This document shows, piece after piece, positions 54,091-64,000 of a DNA stretch of 64,000 nt (positions are counted from its first letter, which is position 1; each line of letters begins with the position of its first letter). The notes beneath the pieces were generated by a model that did not search any database, was not told the origin of the DNA, and saw only the letters and a list, made by a program, of their open reading frames with translations. Position numbers and translations under genes: made by a program. Source of the stretch: Octopus sinensis (lineage: Eukaryota); the NCBI RefSeq assembly GCF_006345805.1, contig NC_043015.1, forward strand, positions 10,850,001 through 10,914,000. Direction: 5' to 3'.

Positions 54091-55099
54091 TTTGTTTTGG
54101 AGGCTCAGCATGCAACTGAATATTAAAACGTGTGATTAGTTCTAAATTTAGTAACAGATTGATCAAAATACGAAACCAGGTGCGACAATTGTTACTTTAT
54201 CTATGTTTTTCTAAAGAAAACAGTGATTTAGGAGAATTTTAGGTTAGACGAGAACATTCCTAACATACACGTAACCAGAATTTTCTATTAAGGTCGAAGA
54301 GATCAAAAGAATACAAATCCTGGAATTATTTAAGTTCTTATAAAGCTGCTGACAATTTTTTCATATGTTAGTGGGTATGTGAATCTTCGTGAATGATAAT
54401 TCGATTTGGTGTAGGTCGACCAGGTAAGCAGGTACGCAGAGAGATTTTATGTGTGCGTATGTGTGTGCGTGTGATGTTGAGGGGTAAATATGTTTGTAGC
54501 TTGTGCGAAGATACAAGGTTACGGTAAGAAGAATTCTTTTGGTTTAATGGAGTTATTTCTTTATTATTTCTCTTTCAGTCTGTCATTGCATTAGCGTTGC
54601 ATTACAGCTTTAAACAGATGTGTCAAAATCAGGTCATGGCGTTTAACGTTCACAAAACAATGTTTCTGGATAAATCGGTTGGCTACAGAGTGCAGGTTAA
54701 GCTCCGTTTCAAATTGTGCTGTTGCAATCTATCCAGTCAACATGTCTTAAGATATCCAATAATACCAACTGAAGTTGGATCCCAGTTTGTCGAATGGTGT
54801 AAAAACCCACTGATGTAATGTATCATTAAACACCAATCACTGCTGAAAAACAACGAAGCGAGATCAAATTAGAAACCTATAAAGAAAAAAAGAAAATCGT
54901 TGAAAACCTGTCTCAATATAACAGCGGTCTAATACTTTTTAACCCATGCACTACTTTAAATTATGGTGAGAATTGAAATCAAAGAGTCAAATACCTGAAC
55001 ATAATACATATACACGTGCACATGTATGCCTATACGTATAATTGTGTGTGTATATATATAATATATATATATATACACACACATGGTCGGTCACGTGAT

Positions 55100-55148
<49 letters not shown>

Positions 55149-55293
55149 AAGAGCAATAAAGATTCAAGTTAATTTAAAAATTTACTTGAATATGGTACCT
55201 AACTTAGATGCACCAAAAAAAAACTATACTGATTTACAAAACAGTAATGTGGGGTGATTATAAGCGAGAAAGAAGCAACAAGAATGGATAGGT

Positions 55294-55384
55294 TTTTAGT
55301 ACGATCGTTTCATACAAGGACAGGTTTTATTAAAAGTTGCAAAGATTACAGCATATAAACGAGTCCCGTACTCATCAGCTAAAA
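55294..55384 (-). ncRNA. Type I hammerhead motif (mirror copy)
   Basis: Reverse complement of 55817-55907, core intact. Confidence 0.8.
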
Positions 55385-55816
55385 TACATGTAAGTTCTCC
55401 AGACATCCTAGTGTTTGAGGCTATACTCATGAAGTATGTAGATAATTAAACAGATTTCTAAAGTTCATTAAAGTTCTTTAAAGATGATGCATAGTCTTAT
55501 CACAGAATTTTAAAAAAGTTTTGATAGCATCACAGAGAAGGTGACCTAATCCATATGAATTTCCATAGATATGATGAGGATTATATACTCACAGAGTATA
55601 TACTCTGTGAGTATATAATCCCTCATCATATCTATGGAAATTCATATGGATTAGGTCACCTTCTCTGTGATGCTATCAAAACTTTTTTAAAATTCTGTGA
55701 TAAGACTATGCATCATCTTTAAAGAACTTTAATGAACTTTAGAAATCTGTTTAATTATCTACATTACTTCATGAGTATAGCCTCAAACACTAGGATGTCT
55801 GGAGAACTTACATGTA

Positions 55817-55907
55817 TTTTAGCTGATGAGTACGGGACTCGTTTATATGCTGTAATCTTTGCAACTTTTAATAAAACCTGTCCTTGTATGAAACGATCGT
55901 ACTAAAA
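55817..55907 (+). ncRNA. Type I hammerhead motif
   Basis: ttttag CTGATGA gtacgggac...gtccttgtat GAAAC gatc GTA ctaaaa. 6-bp stem I, predicted cut after 55901. Confidence 0.8.
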
Positions 55908-55938
55908 ACCTATCCATTCTTGTTGCTTCTTTCTCGCG

Positions 55939-55970
<32 letters not shown>

Positions 55971-55975
55971 TATAA

Positions 55976-56076
<101 letters not shown>

Positions 56077-57592
56077 TACATATATATATATACATACATA
56101 GAAACATATATGAAATAGAGATGGGTGACAGACTGACAGATAGATAGATATGTATATAAACACACGCGCGCGTATGCTCTTTCTCACATGCTCACACATA
56201 TATCAATGGTGTGTGTGGAAGTGTGTGAATACGTATGTGTACATTCTCAGTTTAGAGGAGTTTTTTTTTCTATAAGGTTGTACCAGATGATCGATGTCGC
56301 ATACTCACGAAAATACATGTGTGTGTTCATACTTGTTTGCTCATTTCTATATACACATCTGTGTGCCTCTTCACATATGTGAAAGCGCATGTGTTCGTAT
56401 TTCGTATATTGTACATGTGCATTCCAAATATATAAATATATTTATTTGACTGTGAACTTATGGCTTTGTATCCACACAGCTATAATATAAGGAATGCACA
56501 CAGTAGGAGATATGAGTAATTAACAGTATATTTTAGAGGTTGATGAAGTGGATCCAGTAACTCCCTTTTGCTTTTTGTTATTATAAAATTCTGTGGACGT
56601 AAAATGAAAAACACAACATCAGTCAAAAAATTTTCAGTCGAGATCCTCCATTCAATGCAAAAGATAAAGTGTGTCTAGGCCCATATTCTTGAAACTTAGA
56701 TTGTTATGGTGTGATTTTATGAATATGGGAATATTCTTTTACGCATTTCGAGAGAACCTACAAAGAAACCTCTTTTTATTGAAAACAACTTCAGCTTGCC
56801 AATAATTAAAAAGCTATGGAATAAAATATGGATAGTATAAAGCTGTAATACATTCAATAGTGGTTACTAACCATACTATGATATCATGGCATCGATTCTC
56901 TGTTAAATGCAATAACGTTAAGAAATAATTTTGTAGCCTTCCCACCAAAGGAGAGTGTGCGATGCAACATAAACCAAAAGGAAACCCGAGAATTTCGATT
57001 CATTTTAATTGAATGATTCCGGATATGTTTCTAACATATATTGGTTAACATTCGGAAAGCCTTTTAAAAAGCTGCAATCTTCTCACGTTATTGAAATCGT
57101 CGAAAAATGTTCAGCTCATATGCAGTGATATGCCATTTAATATGGGCACTCCGGTAATTACGATAGACTAATAGCGTGTTTTACAGATGTAATTGTTGGC
57201 ACTCTACAGAGATATTTGTCAGGTCTGTCGATTATAGTTAGTCAACTAACCTTTTATGACATTATATAATTAAGGGGGTAATATTATCTCTGCCCTACAA
57301 GGCGACTGGTCTCCACTCTAATACCATTTTTCCTAGTCGATATTCGTTTTCAGGAAAACACTCATAAGATTAGTCTTCTCACTTCTGACATGTTTTTTGT
57401 TTTGGCATTCACATTTAATTAAACATTTTTACAAGTATTCGGGCACGCATATTACTAGAGAAAGATGGAGAATGATAGAATTGGCTGCATCAAACGGCAT
57501 AAAGCTGACTCAGTATATCTAATTAGAAAGCAGTAAAATGCTGTTCAAAATTGCATACCAAAAGGCATAGACTGAGAACTGATATATATATA

Positions 57593-57815
57593 ACAATTAA
57601 TAAGAGGTATGACCACTAAAGTGGATTCCTATACGCTAGAAATAGACGTCAAATCGCCTTACCACAAAAGAGTGTGTTCTCAAGAAAAAAAGAACAGCAA
57701 ACGCCAAAATGATGGGTTTTTTCTTGAGAACACACTCTTTTGTGGTAAGGCGATTTGACGTCTATTTCTAGCGTATAGGAATCCACTTTAGTAGCTATTC
57801 CTCTCACTGATTGTA
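57593..57815. repeat. Fold-back element next to (TA)n: perfect 76-bp arms 57615-57690 / 57717-57792
   Basis: Direct reading. No hammerhead core seen. Confidence 0.85.
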
Positions 57816-57929
57816 ATATAATTTTAAATCTTCGGATTTTTTTTTTTTTTGAATATGCTAGGTCACTGGTTTAATTTGGTGTTAATTTATTGATATCAAT
57901 TTCTACCCTCAGTATTTTAATTTATATTT

Positions 57930-58485
57930 ACATGGCGACTGCTCCCTCAATATCGAGTATGGCCATTGCACGAAGCTTAATCAACGTTGTTATCGTGCAA
58001 TGCCTGCGCAAGAAGATTTTTTAAAGTGAGAAAAGACTCTGCACTGATTCAATCCCACTCACTAAGCAACAGCAGCCATAATCCGGAAAGAAGAACAAGT
58101 CAACATCATCGGTAAACCCTGAGCCGCAGGTTTTATGTCGGAGTTATCCCAACTACCTGAGTTACCTTCTGCTAGACGGATGCCCTAACAAAGGCTAGGA
58201 GTCCTTCACTCCGAATGGTTTAATCGCGCGATCGGGTATTCTGTCCGATTATTTCTATGCCCCCGCACATGATACAGCCTTAAGGCATTTATTGGATGGC
58301 CATTGACTCTCAAGAGTTCCTCCACCCTTTGACGGGTTTTGTTTTCATCCCGCAGGGTGTCCAATAAACACCATCCTCACCAAGCAAGCTCGGTGGGGTT
58401 GCCGGTTTAGTCGCCGACGACCCGAACATGCAACAGGTTGTACTGGGTTACATGTTACCAGTAGCACTCGAACGTGACCTGACAT
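57930..58485 (-). mobile_element. Possible non-autonomous RTE-derived element (5'-UTR-like plus 3'-UTR-like parts)
   Basis: GC-richer island. Minus-strand GGGCATCCGTCTAGCAGAAGGTAACTC resembles a motif of RTE-clade 5' UTRs. No ORF. Abuts (TA)n. Confidence 0.4.
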
Positions 58486-58517
58486 ATTATATATACATAT
58501 ATACATACATATATATA

Positions 58518-58550
<33 letters not shown>

Positions 58551-59483
58551 AAGTTGTATGTCTATAAACGTATACTGTAGAAACTCGTATTATATGAAAT
58601 TTTCCTATGATTAAGTTTTATTATGCAGAGCCAGGTTCCGGACACATACATGTGCAACACAGTGGCCACGCGCGACCTCACACTTCAGGTCAGGCACACA
58701 ATAGTTTATACATTAACCTTCACTTTCAGCAATGGAGTATTATAATAAATGTAAGGATAGCAACTCAAAGGTTTTATAAATATAATAAGCAAAGCGCTCA
58801 ATAGAAGTTGTAAAACGTCATTAGAACACTGATGTATCGAAATAGAGAGCAATTATTGTGAAGTGAGATACTTATGAAAACAAATTCATAATACATTACA
58901 TAATGCCTATGATACTGTTGTATTATTAGGAATCAGATATTAATACAGGTGTGTGGACAAAGGGTACTTCGTTTGCTATATTCTAAAGTATGTCGTATAA
59001 ATAAAGTTTGTTTTTAAATATTATATGGTCTAAGAACCATGGATATACGAAGACAGTCGGAAAATTACGAAAACAAATATGCATCATTTGCGTTAAAGAA
59101 AATTTTGCAGGAGTGTCAGAGACATTGAAGTTAACATTAAAAACTGAATTCAAATTTGCCTTGCAGACAAAAAAAGCAGTCATAGTAATTATTGCAAAAT
59201 ATACCTCGCAATTATAACGGCAATATAATTGTGTGAATGCGATTAGGAATAAAGATGAGAGAAGAAAAATAACAAACAATGACAGTGTAAATATAGAAAA
59301 ATTGAATGCTGAGAATAAAATCAAACTACATATTGAAAAAATGATTTAAGTAACGAAATACACATATTCTATATCATTTCAAAATCAATATTTTTTTAGC
59401 ATATGACTTTTTCTAAATAATATTAATGTACAAAGATACAGACATACACGCATACGTATGAATATGTATATATATATATATAT

Positions 59484-59632
59484 ATTCAACAACAATTGAG
59501 GAATGACCTTAATAGGCCATTCGACCCACTAGAAAGAGCAGACAGGACTCAAACCGCTAAGTAGTAGTAATTCAGAAATTTCTAGTGGGTCGAATGGCCT
59601 ATTAAGGCCATTCTTCAATTGTTGTTGAATTT
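59484..59632. repeat. Short fold-back element between (TA)n tracts (arms ~59484-59534 / 59578-59629)
   Basis: TTCAACAACAATTGAGGAATGACCTTAATAGGCCATTCGACCCACTAGAAA and its reverse complement. Confidence 0.85.
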
Positions 59633-59719
59633 ATATATATAGTCTTTGACTATTTTCTCTTCTCACTAGACCGCTGGTGGCGATAAATTTCTATTGAAGT
59701 TTTTGCTACCCTATATTGA

Positions 59720-59780
<61 letters not shown>

Positions 59781-60679
59781 ATATATGTATACACACATAC
59801 ATGGGAGAGAGAGAGAGTGAGAGAGAGAGATATATAATTGTATATGTATATATATATATAGAGAGAGAGAGAAGTGTTAGTGCGTGTTTGTGTGTATACA
59901 CTAATCTTTTGCCATATATTGGTTCACCTATCACGATTCAGATATCGCGGCTTATTATTTAAGCTTACGTCCATTCCTCGTGGTGTTGTTTTGCATTTAT
60001 AATGAAATAAATATATAGAAATTATAAAAATAATTTTTAAAATATGCACCACATTACTCTTTCTACTTCATGGATTTTCACCTATCGCGGGGTTTTTTGG
60101 AACGTAATACCCGATAGAGTCGAGGTATTGCTGTATATATGTTTATATATATATATTGGAAGGTTTGGAGATGATGTACAGGTATTTTTTATGAGAAGAA
60201 ATGAGGTACTCAGAAAATCGGATAGTTTATTTTTACATTTGCATATTACATTTTTTATACATCATATTACTTAGATCATGTATTAGCGCTTTCTCCCATT
60301 CTAGTGGGGTTTTCAAATCAAGCTAAGTTCCCGTGTGAAACGTTTTGATCATTTTATAGTGGTATTGAGTTTGTAGTAGTCGGGAGGAATATAAAACAAT
60401 ATAAGTACAATATAAGTACAAGAGGGTGATGGATGAGGAGAAAGTAAGAGAGAGAGCATGTGTGTGTGTGTGTGGTGTGTGTGTGTGCGTGCGTGCATGT
60501 GTGTGTGCTTTTGTATTTGGAATGAGGATTAAAGAAAAAGAGGGGAATGGAGAAGGAAGAAGAGGAAAATAATTTTATTTGCTCTGCTGGACAGCATGCT
60601 TACTCCAAGTGGGGTCTAAGATCTTGGGGGAAAAGGATTTCAGTTTTGACCATTTCATAGTGTTATTGAGTGTGTAGTG

Positions 60680-61800
60680 GCGGGGAGGTAGACAATAGAC
60701 ACTTGAGAGAAACTGGAGTAAGCATATCCAGCCTAAATCTCTTACATTCTTTGTTGACTCTGCCTGTGTAAGTAGTGAAATCTTCATCCTTCTTTAAATA
60801 ACAGAGGATAAATGATGTCCCTAATCCACTCAGTGTCCTGCTTCGATATATAATTAATCTACAGAAATTATTTTCCTTTATGGCACTATTCTCCACATTA
60901 TAACCCCATATGCATAAACATTTCCATCTGATATTAAATAGTGAGCCCTTTTCACTAAACACTTTGCATAAATGTCAACTGTGTTGGTGGAATTTATGTC
61001 GGACACATTTTTTGGCAATATGAAGTTACTATATTTCTCATGCTCTGCTGTCGCTAGTTTATCTTAAACCTAGACGCGTTTTCATTTCGTCCGACCAATC
61101 CTGACATTCTTTTTCAAAACAAATGTTCAAATCTTCGAAAGTAAGCCTCGAATGTTAATCCTTTTAAGAGTCATATTTCAATTTGCTTATGGAATTTGCT
61201 ACAGGATCAGGCGAGAAAGTATTCTCCGGTTTGTTATGAACTTCATCATTTGTAAAATATATTGCTGCAATATTTGCTTCTACAATATTTGCTGCTGCAA
61301 TATTTGCTGTTGTTCTCGTTGTTCCTTGATTTGTTGTTGTTGCTGCTTTTGCAACTCAACTATCCTAACTAAGTGTTCATATTGTACGATTTACGTAATG
61401 TTGCACAAGATTTTTGTTTATTTTTGTCGAGTTATTTAAATTTCCACGTGAATTAGTTTAAACTCTCCGTGTGAATGTTTTTTTTTCACTCTGCGTAAAG
61501 CTGCTTTCCCCCATTACCCCTTTGTTAAGTGGCTTCCTCTTATTGGTGTGATGTGTGACAGCCCTTGTACTGTAGTTGCTATTTCACACTACCGCCACAA
61601 TAGTTATTAGTTATTGGATACCGTTGTACCTCTTCCTACCGGAATAGTAATGCACTGACTTCTGTGTTACTATCAATGATAGCACCACTAGAAATGTCGT
61701 CTCTCAATCTGACTCTCAAACCTCTCTTGACGACCTGCTACTGGTGTATTTATAATGGCTGGTTCCTACTGCTTTTTACGAGAAGGGGTATAAGTTTCAC
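60680..61800 (-). mobile_element. Decayed Ty3/Gypsy 5' region: LTR remnant, PBS-like site and gag N-terminus
   Basis: Minus strand across frameshifts: Q-rich stretch, NSISKLKYD..GLTFEAYFRRFE...CQDWSDEMK.RL...TAEHEKYSNFILPK...FSEKGSLFNIRWKCL...DEDFTTYTGRVNKECKRF. TATAAATA at ~61747-61754 and TGGCGGTAG (PBS-like) at ~61589-61597. ~115-bp insertion at ~60800-60915. Confidence 0.75.
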
Positions 61801-61806
61801 TATACA

Positions 61807-61840
<34 letters not shown>

Positions 61841-64000
61841 CATTCAGCAATTTATGCTTCTCATTATACATACAGACGCAGACGCTCACACATGCATAAA
61901 AATATCTATGCATACACATATATACATTCTCATACAATAAATAGCCTTACGAAAAGATGCGATGTTACTGCTGATCTAAAATGTTGGTCACGCTTAGTGA
62001 ATTAGAATAAAGTAGTAAACCAGAAAACAATACAAGAAAGAGAGCATGAAATAGTTGGTATTTATCAGCGGTGATGATGGTGACGACTATGACGTTAATT
62101 TAAGCAGGGGTTGGTATATTTATTGTTGAAATCTATGAAAACTATGGAAGCTTTCTTGGTGTGGAGTGACCACATTGCTGGACAAATCAAATGCAAGTTA
62201 GAAATGACCAAGTGGGCAAAGAAATTATACTAGCAAATGCACAGTTGAAATTTTGTTGCTGACATTTATAATACTCTGCTGTAATCCCATAAAATGAAAA
62301 TATAGGTTGCAGATGACCTGCTATCTCTTCCACACGTGTAGTGGAGAATGCGTTTCTATTGTTATAAGAGAGGTGAATGGTTTTCTCATAGTTTCTTACG
62401 AAATGAACTAAGACCCTAATGCAGACGGTGCCATCAATACTCAAATTTTTAGTTGTTCCGTTCAGTCACTTCTTTCATGGCTCTGATGCCTTGTCTCTCA
62501 ATCTGCTTTTTACAAAGACATTCATCAAAACTTTTTGCGACCAGAGTAACACACGCAGAGAAAAATTTTCATCAAAATAGAATGATTCTCATAGGTATCA
62601 GAACATCTTAATTTAATCATTTAAACTTAAACCACCTACCCGTTATATTCCCTTCAATTGACTCCGTTTATGTTATTATACAAAATTATTCTAACCAAAT
62701 TATTCTTAAAAAAAAGTTACCAAACTCTCAACACTTCTGAAAGGATTATTAGATTTTACTGTACTGATAAAGTAATGGAGCAAAATAAAAGTCCATTGCA
62801 TGTGCAGAAATGCCAAGTCCTCCTCTAATCGTCTGCTTTGAACGAAATTCATTTAATTGACTGAAGTTATTTCTCCTTTTGATTAGGAGGTTTTAAGTAG
62901 AAAGCGTATATTGTCAGTAACTTAATATATTCTTTCTTCATTTAGGAATTATAAAAATCAATTAGTTAACATTTTTGTATTTCAACGTCTATATCACACC
63001 TAATGTTTACCATCATACTCGTCGCATAGGCACCCGTGAATTATTCCCCTTTGTTTCTCATAATTCATGCCAAACATGTATTTCATAAGTATATTCACGA
63101 ACATCTAGCAAAATACGTTTTTTGACATTAAAAATATAAATTGATTATATGCTGTGCATAATATGAATATTAGAAGGATAACGTTTATTTAATATGTATA
63201 GTATGTGCGTATATATATCAAAACATAAAATGTACTCACATTCAAACATATTCATATATGTGGTTGCGTGCATTTATTAATGTAAAGATAAATGTGTGAG
63301 TGGGTATATGTATTGATGGATGTATTTGTGCGGATATATACATGTGCACTATTTTGGACTGATAATATCAAGCACAACGACACCAGTATCTATAACCACA
63401 CCAAAAAAGCTAGGGCAACTCTCTCGAAATAGAAAATACTTCTAATATGGACACATAAATTGATAGGGCGCACGCTTACGTGCATGCCTATTTGGACGCG
63501 CAGTGTGTGTATGCGTGTTCGGGTGTGAGAACATGCATGTGTATTTAATGTGATGTAGTACGCAACCAACTTTAACTCTGACCACTGCGGTCTTACTTAA
63601 GTCTAAAGCTTTCTTTTCCTATCTTGCTCTTTTCCTTCCCTCTCTTCTTCTTTCCTAACAACTTTCACCCCTAAGTATTTTACCTATTCGTTTTCTTTTC
63701 TTCTTACTCTTCATCATTTCATCCAAATTTTTTTTTGTTAAGTCTGCATAAATGATTACGCATGGATGTACCAAAGTACCTCTTTACAGCTGACATATTA
63801 AAGTCCCTAAAACTTAATATTCAAAAGGACTTTCCCTCCAAAAAAATCAACGTACATCTACACTATATACCTCCTCTTCCTTCCCCCTCTCATTTTTCTT
63901 TATTCTTAAGAACATTAGACCATTCCCCACAGCCAAATATTTGCCCTCTTCATTCACTTTTCTTACGGACCATTTTATTTTTTAAAACATTTGTTTTTAG

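Larger units (their letters stand above)
55146..55937. mobile_element. Fold-back pLTR-like element (family D) with a spacer-less ~670-bp palindrome (55264-55937), between (TA)n tracts
   Basis: Centre GAGTAT|ATACTC at 55599/55600. Arms differ by only ~2 single-base indels. One hammerhead per arm. Confidence 0.88.

Noticed and set aside
54575-54900. Possible host exon (73-aa ORF and acceptor-like sites on both strands)
   Set aside because: No recognisable domain, and the frames are interrupted. Cannot be supported without RNA-seq.
60270-60335. Minus-strand hammerhead-like remnant (TTGATTTGA..cccc..ggga GAAAGCGCTA)
   Set aside because: The first box and stem I do not fit, so it is too degenerate to call.
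60663-60962. GIY-YIG endonuclease C-terminus
   Set aside because: In context with upstream frames, the peptide fits Ty3/Gypsy gag much better.
63960-64000. Polypyrimidine tract ending in TAG at the window edge (splice acceptor)
   Set aside because: The downstream sequence is outside the window, so it cannot be evaluated.

Overview
AT-rich, microsatellite-dense animal DNA, most likely an Octopus/cephalopod intron or intergenic region (inferred from the SINE family and repeat content). I found no convincing host exon, and nearly all ORFs in the track are microsatellite or antisense artefacts. The window holds: tRNA-headed SINEs; 5'-truncated CR1/L2-type, L1/Tx1-type, R4/Dong-type and Hero/NeSL-type LINE pieces; a Penelope-like GIY-YIG fragment; decayed mariner and Tc1/maT transposons; a Ty3/Gypsy gag/LTR relic; a Helitron-like tandem; and a 1.26-kb tandem duplication. 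The first main signal is at least four sequence families of small (TA)n-associated fold-back elements carrying type I hammerhead ribozyme motifs. They show compensatory stem changes between copies, and two are head-to-tail repeats with ~320 and ~560 nt units (retrozyme/Penelope pLTR-like). The second is a complete set of hammerhead core nucleotides in a non-canonical, pseudoknotted strand order in the 3' UTR of a REL-endonuclease LINE at ~49.03-49.09 kb. All ribozyme calls are by eye and need covariance-model and cleavage tests.
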